Numbered from the stretch's first letter, positions 11,655-20,401 are shown. The stretch is 24,630 nt of DNA from a virus (IMGVR_UViG_2923318301_000004); one strand, 5' to 3'. Notes: a model not told the origin generated them from the sequence alone. Made by a program: numbers and translations.

Positions 11655-12792
11655 CTCATCTGCCGCTCTACCGCATCCCTCGACCATAATCCCGACTCAA
11701 TCAACGAACTACAAGCCATCGTCCTGAAGCCATGCCCACAAACCTCGACCTTCGTGTCATACCCCATTACGCGCAAAGCCTTGTTCACCGTATTCTCACT
11801 CATCGGCTTACGTGGATCGTGATCGCCCACAAAAATCAGCTCTCAATTTCCGCTCATGCTTTTGATCTTTTCCAAAATACTTAGGGCCTGCCGCGACAAA
11901 GGTACAAGGTGTGGTGTCCGCATCTTCGAGCCACGCTGAGAATGCTTGACTCCTTCCAGTTGCTCACGCTCACCTGGGATTGTCCACATAGCCGTTTCAA
12001 AATCTACTTCTGACCAGCGGGCAAAATGCAGCTCGCTCGAACGGATGAAAACCAATAAAGTGAGTTCAACCGCCAGCCGAGTTAACGGTCTGCCAGAATA
12101 GTGATCTATGCGATGAAGTAATTCAGGTATACGGTTCAGTTCAAGAGCTGCACGGTGCTGTCTTTTCGCCGTAGCAACCGCACCTGCAATCTCTTGCGCG
12201 GGGTTGTAGTCGATTAAGCCGCTCTGAACGGCAAAGCGCATAATCGCGGTAGTACGCTGCTGTAAACGGGCGGCAACTTCGAGCCGCCCGGATGACTCGA
12301 CTGCTTTAATGGGTACAAGAAGATCCCGCGTCTTCAGTTCCGCAATGTTCCGCTTACCGATAGCAGTAAAGAGATTATCCTCCAGACTTTTCAAAACACG
12401 AGCGCTATGCGATGCCGACCACTTCTGATTGCTGGCGTGCCAGTCTCTGGCGACTACTTCAACGTTATCGCCTCTTGTTCCTGTTCTACCTTAACAGCTT
12501 TCTTGTTTTCACTGGGATCGACACCATTAGCTAAAAGCTTACGAGCCTCATCCCGGCGTGCCCTGGCATCCGCCAACGACACTTCGGGGTATTTCCCCAA
12601 TGCCAGCATCTTCTCTTTACCGCCAAAGCGATAACGTAGCCGCCAGTATTTGGAGCCGTTAGGGTGAACCAGCAAAACCATGCCTTCACCGTCGGTCAGC
12701 TTATAGGCTTTTGCTTCAGGCTTAGCCGAACGAACCTTCACATCACTCAGAGCCATGATGAGTATCCTTTCAAGGGTTCTGTGTGGGTACAA
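11655..12792 (-). pseudogene. P4-type tyrosine integrase pseudogene (frameshifted, C-terminus removed by IS629)
   Basis: Three consecutive minus-strand ORF pieces (12454-12792 N-terminus MALSDVKVRSAKPEAKAYKLTDGEGMVLLVHPNGSKYWRLRYRF...; 11843-12394; 11615-11830) together cover a P4-like integrase but in different frames; the last piece abuts the IS629 end. Confidence 0.8.
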
Positions 12793-12954
12793 ACATTATC
12801 GAACCGGGAAATACCCGCAGTTGTACCCGCATCAGTAAGTTGATGTAGATTGAATCAGGTTGACTTAGGTTGAGTGAAAAAGCGAGGAAAGCCTTGCGGA
12901 TACTGGATTTTAGGCACAAAAAAAGACGTCCGTTGACGTCTATTGATGTTCCGA

Positions 12955-12976
12955 TGGTGCGAAGGCCGGAATAGAA
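12955..12976 (-). other. Degenerate tRNA-Leu (leuX) 3'-end-like sequence; candidate att remnant of a P4-like element
   Basis: Minus strand reads TTCTATTCCGGCCTTCGCACCA, close to the 3' end of leuX as I recall it (TTCGAGTCCGGCCTTCGGCACCA); lies about 160 bp upstream of the integrase pseudogene, as in tRNA-int junctions. Confidence 0.4.
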
Positions 12977-13210
12977 TAACTATATAACTCATTGAACATG
13001 ATGATAAAAATTTTATAGCTTATGACTTGTGCCCCATTTTGTGCCCCCAACAAAATCTTATTGTTGCTAACTAGCACAATAAATGAATTAGCAAGATAGA
13101 GTTGCCTAGTTAGGTTCCGTCTTACAGAGCCTAACCAGAACAACCAAACCTCTGAACCAACCTTGCGCAAGCTAGATAAAGTCATGCTGATTTATTAGGA
13201 CAACAAGCTA

Positions 13211-14143
13211 TTAAATTTCATATTTTGAAATTTCGCTGATTACATCATCCCCATATTTCTTAATCATGGAGGCAAAGAATTTATGTTCAATAAATTTCGC
13301 ATAGCCTAATTCTCCTTTAAGGGTTAGAATTTCTTTCTCAGATAAAACCCCACACACATAATAATGTATTTTACTTCTTAAAAGACGCTTTCTATCACGA
13401 CCTAAAGACAAATAACCATCAGTCGTAATAGTTACACCAGTTACATGTCTATTAAACTTCCTTGAGGTAAAAACTGTTTTCTCATGGTTTATTTTAATAT
13501 TCCTAAGATTTACTACGTTAAGAACTTCCCTTACTAACTTAGGAACATCAAATAAAGCTCCTTTGACTTTGGTGCTAAACGTAAGATCATCAGCATACCT
13601 TGAGTAGGTAATACCCAAATCCTTGCATCTTTTCGATATTTCCTCATCGAAGAAATACATTACTGTATTTGAAATAATGGGAGAAGAAGGTGCTCCAACA
13701 CTTAGGCGTAACGGGCTATTTCTTCTTAACTTCCAGAAGAAAAGATTTTTAAGAACAAAGATATCAGTATCAGTTAGTTCAACGCCATAATCTTTTAAGA
13801 CAGATAAAAGATTATGGGGTTTGATACTCATAAAAAAGTTTTTAAAATCCATTTTAAGCAAATAATCATTATTACAATGCATTAACGCATTAGATCTAAT
13901 ACTTTTATCGGCTTCATAAGCGAAAGCATTTTCATGAACTTTCAAATTAGCCAACATATGATTGATTACTACCTTCTGTAAGGCTTTAACTTGCCTAGCT
14001 GGTTGTGCAATTAATCTATATCCATTACCATTTCTTTTGGCGATAGGATAAATTTTATATCTGCGTGGAATAGTAACAATATACCTTTTAGCCTCTTCTT
14101 CGCTAAGAAAAAGACCTTTTGAAATATAACTTAGCAACTCCAT
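13211..14143 (-). CDS. Retron-type reverse transcriptase
   Basis: About 310 aa, RT domain only (no maturase or endonuclease); motifs SNALMH (NAxxH), FKNFF, VGAPSSP, YSRYADDLTFS (YADD) and NRHVTGVTI (retron VTG); start ATG lies 1 nt after the upstream effector stop (TAGaATG); collinear with Ec86 RT as I recall it. Confidence 0.85.
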   Translation of the reverse strand: MELLSYISKGLFLSEEEAKRYIVTIPRRYKIYPIAKRNGNGYRLIAQPARQVKALQKVVINHMLANLKVHENAFAYEADKSIRSNALMHCNNDYLLKMDFKNFFMSIKPHNLLSVLKDYGVELTDTDIFVLKNLFFWKLRRNSPLRLSVGAPSSPIISNTVMYFFDEEISKRCKDLGITYSRYADDLTFSTKVKGALFDVPKLVREVLNVVNLRNIKINHEKTVFTSRKFNRHVTGVTITTDGYLSLGRDRKRLLRSKIHYYVCGVLSEKEILTLKGELGYAKFIEHKFFASMIKKYGDDVISEISKYEI

Positions 14144-14144
14144 T

Positions 14145-15131
14145 CTAAGCCCCTCCACGCACGATATTGATTTGATTTAGAGCATTTTTCCTTTTTTTTG
14201 CAGTCTCGTCCATATCTTTAGCATCCATACTTAAGTAAGATTGTCGGATTGCAACCTTAATATTCATAGAATCCTTTATTTTACCACTAGCACTGATACC
14301 AAATTTAAGTTTACTCTCTCTATGCCCTCGGGAATAGAAGTAGTCTGTACCACTGTAAGATAATGATGAGGTTAATTTCATCTTTTCAAGCAAATAAAGT
14401 AAACGAGTTATTATTTTTTGTGGCACATCTATATCCATACAGTATAGTGCCCACTCTATTTCGCTTTTCTTGATTGGTTCTGATAAAAGGATTATTTCGT
14501 AAATCAATATAGCTAGGTGCCCAGTATTTTCAGGGTTATATCGCTCCGTTTTTTTTACACGTTTTAATCTAGAATGAATATCATGGTAGATAAGCTCAAC
14601 CTCATCATATTTCATACGATCCGATTTTGGCCATGGATAAACTGATACTGAGGCCTCATCTATTTTTTTAAGATACTCCAAAGGGCCTAAATATATAAAA
14701 GAAGATCTAGCAGGAATATTTTTTCGTTCATTTCCCTCAATCTCCTCAAATGGTGCGACTACATGCAATTTTTGAGCTAGAGACTTCCTATTAACAAATA
14801 ATCCAAGCTCAACTAACGAACCTGCACTTTCTAAACAGATAACAACTAATGTTGAAATATTTGCAATATCATCTTCAAAGCTCATTAGATCTGAATATGC
14901 CCCCTCTCTGAAGTAGTCATGGAAGTTCTCAGCTAAAATAAGAGAATCTGACAATTCAGGTTTGTGGCCTGCTACATAAGTAAATATGTGGTCTCGTACA
15001 CTCATTGGAGTGGAATTTATCGGCCCACCACAAACAAAAATAATAGGAGGCATGAACTGAACAGTGAAATTTGAATATTTCAAATCTCCAAACTGCTCTT
15101 GTAATGCATTCATATATGCAGAATCACTCAC
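14145..15131 (-). CDS. Retron effector, putative nucleoside 2-deoxyribosyltransferase-like (NDT) domain plus C-terminal putative DNA-binding domain
   Basis: 328-aa ORF between the structured non-coding region and the RT; N-terminal region PPIIFVCGGPI...ICLESAGSLVELGLF resembles the Rossmann-like NDT fold with a candidate catalytic Glu; likely GTG start at 15131 with AGGGGGT as RBS (alternative ATG at 15113). AT-rich codon usage like the RT. Confidence 0.6.
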   Translation of the reverse strand: MSDSAYMNALQEQFGDLKYSNFTVQFMPPIIFVCGGPINSTPMSVRDHIFTYVAGHKPELSDSLILAENFHDYFREGAYSDLMSFEDDIANISTLVVICLESAGSLVELGLFVNRKSLAQKLHVVAPFEEIEGNERKNIPARSSFIYLGPLEYLKKIDEASVSVYPWPKSDRMKYDEVELIYHDIHSRLKRVKKTERYNPENTGHLAILIYEIILLSEPIKKSEIEWALYCMDIDVPQKIITRLLYLLEKMKLTSSLSYSGTDYFYSRGHRESKLKFGISASGKIKDSMNIKVAIRQSYLSMDAKDMDETAKKRKNALNQINIVRGGA

Positions 15132-15139
15132 CCTTGTGA

Positions 15140-15420
15140 CCCCCTACTCCAAAAGAAAAGGTGGCTAACCAGCCACCTTCGACCCCTTTACCTAAAGGAT
15201 GCGCTTTAGACTTTCAGCAAGATCCTGAATGGAACGCAGTGGCATGAAGGATCTTGCTGAAAGTGCTAAAGCGCAACCCTAAATGTCCACAATAAATTAG
15301 TGTCTGGCGAAACGCCCGACAAGGATAAACCTGTTATCCCGCGCGTAAAGGTAGGGTTAGGATAGCAAAAGATGCGAGATTTTCAATAAGTAAGCGTACT
15401 GGCTGCCAGCAACCACCTAA
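15140..15420 (-). ncRNA. Candidate retron ncRNA (msr-msd) upstream of the effector/RT operon
   Basis: Non-coding, structure-rich stretch immediately 5' of the effector: long imperfect hairpin 15201-15274 (GCGCTTTAG.CTTTCAGCAAGATCC / GGATCTTGCTGAAAG..CTAAAGCGC), a candidate msd stem; second hairpin 15159-15180. Exact ends and a1/a2 repeats not resolved by eye. Confidence 0.45.
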
Positions 15421-15700
15421 ACCATTGACATTTAAACAAAAATAAATCTAACAATTGAAAGCAATACCTTATTGAATACAGCATTCTTATATCTCTCTTG
15501 ATATCGCAACATCACAATTATCACCGTTAGTGCGGGCAGCCCCGCACGCCTGCCCGCTTCGCTTAACAGACTGGTTTTCATGCACCTCATTAATCGTCTC
15601 AGAAGCCAGCACACAAGGGTTTTCTCGTCAAAAATGGTGCATAAGACTCATGCGTTTTCATGCGCCATAGACATGCACTCATGCGCTCTCATGTCAGCCA

Positions 15701-15739
15701 GGAAAAGGGGGTAAAAAATCCCGGTACTGGACCGGGATT
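15701..15739 (-). terminator. Rho-independent terminator after the sid-psu-ogr/delta genes
   Basis: Perfect 9-bp stem AATCCCGGT / ACCGGGATT with 5-nt loop (15717-15739), followed on the minus strand by a T-rich tract (TTTTACCCCCTTTTTCC); located 20 bp after the ogr/delta stop. Confidence 0.55.
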
Positions 15740-15758
15740 ACGTGGGCGTTCTTTCTAA

Positions 15759-16040
15759 TCAGACAGGAATCTGCTGACGGCTTGACAGTTTTGACGCGGA
15801 GCCATAGCGATTGAGCGTTTTCTGTTGTTTTTCCGGGGATTGTGCTTTGTCTGATAGCTGTTCATTGCGCCGGGGTTTCATGATTATCTTATCCACACTC
15901 TCCAGTGCCGTAAATGTGCAGGAACATTCCAGATTCTGGCACTGATACCACGAGCGTTTAACTGACGGAGCTTCATAGGCTGCTGTTCTGGCGTGTGCAA
16001 CTGTACCGCATTCCGGACATTTAAGTGCCATTAATATCAC
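15759..16040 (-). CDS. ogr: Ogr/Delta-family zinc-finger late-gene transcriptional activator
   Basis: ALKCPECGTVAHARTAAYEAPSVKRSWYQCQNLECSCTFTALESVDKIIMKP has the CxxC-(22)-CxxxxC pattern and spacing of P2 Ogr/P4 Delta; start may be the internal Met at 16031. Confidence 0.8.
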   Translation of the reverse strand: MILMALKCPECGTVAHARTAAYEAPSVKRSWYQCQNLECSCTFTALESVDKIIMKPRRNEQLSDKAQSPEKQQKTLNRYGSASKLSSRQQIPV

Positions 16041-16588
16041 TCCTGTATATCGTTAATGTCATTCAGGCGTTGCTGAAAACGCAGATGTTGTGCCGGGGTG
16101 TAAGAACCCTGGCAATCACGAATCATCCCGGGGTCAGGCATCAAACCGGATTCATCCAGGATCTCACGATAATCCCCGGCAATTTCAGGCGGTGTTATTG
16201 CCAGCTGGCGAACCAGAGCACTGCGTAATATACGGGACGCAACGTCAACCCCTCCGCGCCCCTTCAGGAACGGAGCCAGTGCAGATGTCAGGGCTGCCCC
16301 ATTCGCCTGCATAAAATTGCTGAGAGCGGCTTCTGTGCAGGCCTCCATCAGTAAATGCTGCGAGTAAATGCATTCGCGCGCAGCACAGTTAATTTGCCAT
16401 TTCAGCACATCCAGACGTTCCCGCAGTAATTCGAGCTGTCGGGCATAATCTGCTGGTTTTTCTGTGGCAGCGAGGAGAGATGTTATCTGTTGTTCAACGG
16501 CTTTTCGGCTCTCATTATGTCCGGCCCACAGAATACGGGCATTCCGAAAACTGGTAAGTGCCTGGTCAGGCGTGCCTCGGGCCGTCAT
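16037..16588 (-). CDS. psu: Psu-like protein (P4 polarity suppression / capsid decoration)
   Basis: 183 aa; segments LELLRERLDVLKWQINCAARECIYSQHLL, FMQANGAALTSALAPFL and YTPAQHLRF resemble P4 Psu as I recall it; start overlaps the sid stop. Confidence 0.65.
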   Translation of the reverse strand: MTARGTPDQALTSFRNARILWAGHNESRKAVEQQITSLLAATEKPADYARQLELLRERLDVLKWQINCAARECIYSQHLLMEACTEAALSNFMQANGAALTSALAPFLKGRGGVDVASRILRSALVRQLAITPPEIAGDYREILDESGLMPDPGMIRDCQGSYTPAQHLRFQQRLNDINDIQE

Positions 16589-17328
16589 ACTGCTTTCTCC
16601 TTCTCAGCAAGTTCCTGACGAACCTTAATTTTATGCATAGCTGCCGGAGAGAGTTGATTACTGAAATCCAGACGCGCCGCATAATCCGGGGCAACTCCCG
16701 CCAGTTTAAACACCGGGTCCTGCTCAGGCATCGCATCGTTAGCCAGAGCCGGTCTGGTGATATGTTTATGAATAAAGTCTTTCAGCACTGTGTCCGGGTC
16801 ATTAACTGAATTCACCACACCCACAACGGCACTGGCTTCCCGGCCCATTGTGGATTTAAGCAGGCTCAGCGTCTGAATAAGCGCTTTTCCATGCGACTGC
16901 ATAAAATCCTCCCAGATTTGTTTTGCGCGAATATCCACAAGAATGTTATGCGCGTGGATATACTTTCCGGCTAATTCTGCAGCTTTCTGCGGCAAAAGTG
17001 CATTTTCGCTTTCCTGAGCCGCCAGCAGCTCATCAAAATCCTCAAGCGTTTCTCGTCCCAGCGCAATTTCCGTGCGCAGTTTTTTCATTTCCTTTGAGAC
17101 CACGCCCTGACTTTCACGAAACAGCGTGCGCCACTCCTCATTCAGTGTGTTCGTCGTGGCTTCCATTTCAGCGCGACGCTGGCGGATTGTCGCAATATTA
17201 TCCGCTGCCGCTTTCTGCTGACGACGTGCTTCAAGCCATGCGTTTCTGGCTGTGTTCATGGTTTCCAGTGCCCGCTGCGTTACAGCCGGAAAAGTGGAAA
17301 GGTTGTTATTCACTGCGGTGTTGTTCAT
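16585..17328 (-). CDS. sid: Sid-like protein (P4 capsid size determination external scaffold)
   Basis: 247 aa, strongly helical and charged; EWRTLFRESQGVVSKEMKKLR and position directly upstream of psu match P4 Sid as I recall it. Family call rests mainly on gene context. Confidence 0.55.
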   Translation of the reverse strand: MNNTAVNNNLSTFPAVTQRALETMNTARNAWLEARRQQKAAADNIATIRQRRAEMEATTNTLNEEWRTLFRESQGVVSKEMKKLRTEIALGRETLEDFDELLAAQESENALLPQKAAELAGKYIHAHNILVDIRAKQIWEDFMQSHGKALIQTLSLLKSTMGREASAVVGVVNSVNDPDTVLKDFIHKHITRPALANDAMPEQDPVFKLAGVAPDYAARLDFSNQLSPAAMHKIKVRQELAEKEKAV

Positions 17329-17506
17329 GACTTCTCCTGTCGGGTTGGTTCGTTACGTCAATTGTGTCGTGGCTGACACAAGCACACTATCGGTGCTCAG
17401 TGTGTGGTGGCTGGCACAACGGACGCTTGCGGTTATTCAGACGTGGCTATGAAAGCCAGCCAGATAAAAATGCCCTCTGTTTCAGTCTGCTTTATGTCCC
17501 TGATGC

Positions 17507-17694
17507 GGTGGAACAGGTGAAACATGTGTTACAGCTTTGTTTTATAAGGCATTTATATACACTGCACCGGTGGAACATCGCGGGTAACAAGGTGGAACAG
17601 CGGATTGGCTGGCGTTACATCTGTTCCACCTCACTATTTCAGAAGGTGGAACAGGTTCAGCCCTGTAAAATACGGTTGTTCCACCTGTTTCACC
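17507..17694. repeat. Iteron cluster: 8 copies of TGTTCCACC / GGTGGAACA (two are TGTTTCACC variants) in both orientations
   Basis: Copies at 17507, 17516, 17569, 17591, 17622, 17646, 17677, 17686; in the non-coding gap between the alpha-like primase gene and sid; closely resembles the TGTTCACC octamers of P4 ori/crr that are bound by alpha. Confidence 0.6.
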
Positions 17695-17728
17695 TGTTAC
17701 CCTTAATAAATAAGACTCACGCAAAGCC

Positions 17729-20401
17729 TTAACCCGGCACCTCGCTGTTGAAGACATAGAGCCTGCGGGGATTCATCTCTGGCGGGCGAATGGTTGTCTG
17801 GAGTTTGCCATCAGTGGAGGGCAGCAGGTATCCACGATCTGCGCACAGACGCGCCACCTTGCGCGGGTCAAATCCCCTGCAGATTTCTTTCCAGCCGGAC
17901 GGCATGACATAGAACGTAGTGACAGCTTCCGTGCCCTGCGCGGTACTGCCTTTCTCCACCCTGCGCCAGCCCACCATATTGCCGGGGCGGTTGCGCTCGT
18001 CATACCAGTCTGCAAAGCGGCTGTACTGATTCGCGGTAAAGAAACTGCGAACCTGCTCCAGTGCGGCGATATCTTCCTGATTGGCGGTGTGCCCGCGATC
18101 TTTCAGCCATGCGTTCAGGCAGACGCGGGTTGCCCGCAGTGCTTCACCCTCAGGCCAGCCGGTGATACCCAGACGGGTTGCCAGTTCACCTGCCATCGCC
18201 ACCAGAGCAAAGCGGTTCACAGCCCGGCCCACCTGATTGCCTGCATCTTTCGGAGTCAGGGCGGCAGCATATTCCTTCATCAGCGATTTTGCCTGTGCCG
18301 TTAGTCCGTTAAGATCAGCGGTCAGTGCTTTCAGCCACTCCCGGAACGGCGAACCGTAGTAGCAGGACGTGGCCCATTCAAGATGCTCTGCCAGAGCCTT
18401 GCCGCTGTCGAAGCCGTGCAGCTCCTCAAAAACGCCAAACTTCCCGGAATCGCTGGGGATCTGGATCATCCTGACTTCCATCCCGGCAAAAGTACGCTCA
18501 CCGGCCTTTGCCGCATGTTCGGTCAGAGACAACTCGCCAGTTGAAAAGAACAACAGGCGCCAATGCTTACGGGTACGCAGCTCACCGTCCGTACCGGCAC
18601 GGCCCTTGCCCTGACCGTTTGCCAGCATGTAGGCGATATTGCCTGCCTCGCGTCCGTCAACTTCCCGGATCTCATCAAGCATCATGGCGGCATCGTTGCG
18701 GCGGCTGGCGCATCCCTCCAGCGCGTTGCCGGTGGCCCGCCATGTCTGCCAGTAGTCAGGCCCGCCGCAGACGGAGGTTGCCGCTTTCATGGTGGTGGTC
18801 TTACCGTCTGTCGATTCCCCTTTGAGGTGGTAGCCGCCGCCGTCCATACCAACCAGCCGTAACAGTGGTGCAGCAAAGGCCAGGCTGACAGCAAATGCCA
18901 CGCGGGAGTTGCCGGTACAGTAGCGGGATACATGCTCCCGCCATTCCTCTGTTGTGCCCGACACGCGGAAATCACGCCCCTGCACGGAAGTGGTCTGGAG
19001 AATGACACCCTCTGCACCTTCACCGCTGACCTCATCCTGCAGGACGTAAACCTGACCATGCCAGCCAGTACGACTGACGCAGGTCACGCGGCGTTCCGGT
19101 TTACACAGTGAGATATATTCCATCAGGCGTGCGCGTGCCTCACCGGTGGTGCTGATATAAGACAGCCCGTTAACCAGCAATACCCGGCGCAGTTCCTCAC
19201 CACTGCCGCTCAGCATTTCCATCGGCATCGCCCAGCGGCGACACTCACCCCACGTATCTTCCCATTCCAGCAGTCGTCCGAAGTTACCGCCATCGGCATC
19301 GCAGGTGATTGCCGTCACGCGCAGCGGGCTGCATATTTTGACGTTCTGGATCTCCGTCTCACCGTTGCGCTGTACCTGCTTTTCATACCAGAGATATTCC
19401 TGGGTAAGACGGAACCCGTGCGGCAGTTGCGTGCGGCCCTCCCCGCACAGCACCAGACCGTTACGAAAGGCTTCACGGGCGCGGGTAATACCGTGCTCCC
19501 GATGGAAGTCATTCCAGTCGGCCTTAATCTCTCCCGGTGGCAGCGTCATCCAGCCGCCAACAGCTTTTGCCGCCCGTTCAGCAAAGGCTCTGCCGGGATT
19601 CTCACCCCCGTCCTGAAAATCGTTATCACCGGCGATGATAATTTTTACCTCAGGCCAGCGTGCCCGCAGCGACTGCGCCACATTGGGCAGGTTGCCCGCA
19701 GATATGGCAGCCACTACGCATCCGGCAGTGAGCTGACTTACCGTCAGCGCCGTAGCGTAACCTTCGGTAATCACCACCTGTACCGGTGGTTCAGACGGTA
19801 ACGGGCTGAGCGACACAAACGCGCCTTTCATCGTGCTGCCGGGCAGTATGCTTTTTTCACCCGTCGGGGCGATAAGCTGTGCACCAGTCACGGCTCCGGT
19901 GTTGGTCGTGAGTGGTAACAGCAGGGAACCGGCAGGAAAATCCTTACCGCTGATATGCTGCACGCTTCCGGTCAGAGAGGCCGGGTATCCGGCGAACCCT
20001 TTTCCTGTCAGATAGGCGCTTTCTCCCGTGTGGCTCTCTTTCATCAGCGCCGCCACGGTAAGACCCATGTCGCGTTTAGGGGCTTTTTTTCTGGCAGGCT
20101 TAACAGGCAGTTCCTGCACATCCGGCACATTAAGCACCTGCGCCACCTCCTGCGCAGCCTTTCTGACGCTGTAACCGGTTACGAGCTTAACCAGATCCAG
20201 ACCGTCACCATTGCCACACTGGCTGCAGATCCACGTCCCGCGCCCGTCAAGGTCATCAAGGCGAAAACGATCCTTGCCCCCACATTTCGGGCAGGGACCG
20301 TGCCTGCCGTTTTCAGGTACATCAATACGCAGCATCTGGAGAATAACGGGCCATTTCCCCCGTGCGGCGGCTGAAATCTGCGTAACCGTCTGTATTGTCA
20401 T
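17729..20401 (-). CDS. P4 alpha-like primase-helicase (zinc-binding N-terminus, TOPRIM primase, C-terminal P-loop helicase)
   Basis: 890 aa; CPKCGGKDRFRLDD...WICSQCG zinc ribbon; TOPRIM-like VVITEGYATALT...IIAGDNDFQDGGENPG; Walker A GESTDGKTT. Confidence 0.85.
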   Translation of the reverse strand: MTIQTVTQISAAARGKWPVILQMLRIDVPENGRHGPCPKCGGKDRFRLDDLDGRGTWICSQCGNGDGLDLVKLVTGYSVRKAAQEVAQVLNVPDVQELPVKPARKKAPKRDMGLTVAALMKESHTGESAYLTGKGFAGYPASLTGSVQHISGKDFPAGSLLLPLTTNTGAVTGAQLIAPTGEKSILPGSTMKGAFVSLSPLPSEPPVQVVITEGYATALTVSQLTAGCVVAAISAGNLPNVAQSLRARWPEVKIIIAGDNDFQDGGENPGRAFAERAAKAVGGWMTLPPGEIKADWNDFHREHGITRAREAFRNGLVLCGEGRTQLPHGFRLTQEYLWYEKQVQRNGETEIQNVKICSPLRVTAITCDADGGNFGRLLEWEDTWGECRRWAMPMEMLSGSGEELRRVLLVNGLSYISTTGEARARLMEYISLCKPERRVTCVSRTGWHGQVYVLQDEVSGEGAEGVILQTTSVQGRDFRVSGTTEEWREHVSRYCTGNSRVAFAVSLAFAAPLLRLVGMDGGGYHLKGESTDGKTTTMKAATSVCGGPDYWQTWRATGNALEGCASRRNDAAMMLDEIREVDGREAGNIAYMLANGQGKGRAGTDGELRTRKHWRLLFFSTGELSLTEHAAKAGERTFAGMEVRMIQIPSDSGKFGVFEELHGFDSGKALAEHLEWATSCYYGSPFREWLKALTADLNGLTAQAKSLMKEYAAALTPKDAGNQVGRAVNRFALVAMAGELATRLGITGWPEGEALRATRVCLNAWLKDRGHTANQEDIAALEQVRSFFTANQYSRFADWYDERNRPGNMVGWRRVEKGSTAQGTEAVTTFYVMPSGWKEICRGFDPRKVARLCADRGYLLPSTDGKLQTTIRPPEMNPRRLYVFNSEVPG

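Noticed and set aside
12793-13210. Complete tRNA gene at the element junction
   Set aside because: Only about 22 nt resembling a tRNA 3' end is present; no D-arm or anticodon arm could be recognised, so it is called an att remnant rather than a tRNA.
13211-14143. Alternative identity of the small RT as a group II intron, DGR or Abi reverse transcriptase
   Set aside because: No maturase or endonuclease domain and no intron RNA ends; no template/variable repeat pair; the NAxxH and VTG motifs and the adjacent structured ncRNA plus effector fit a retron.
15432-15614. 60-aa minus-strand ORF upstream of the retron
   Set aside because: It overlaps the predicted retron promoter and the GC-rich hairpin, and has no RBS; more likely non-coding regulatory DNA.
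15430-15760. P2/P4 cos site (19-nt cohesive end) downstream of the psu/delta genes
   Set aside because: I could not find the sequence GGCGAGGCGGGGAAAGCAC or its complement as I recall it; only a different GC-rich hairpin and CATGC repeats are present, so no cos is annotated.
17490-17700. Possible CRISPR array (short repeats)
   Set aside because: Repeat units are only 9 bp, occur in both orientations with irregular spacing, and there are no cas genes; they fit replication iterons instead.
18089-20374. Several plus-strand ORFs of 60-139 aa inside the alpha primase-helicase gene
   Set aside because: They lie antisense within a long, well-supported coding region with high GC content, where spurious open frames are common; none has a recognisable motif or RBS.
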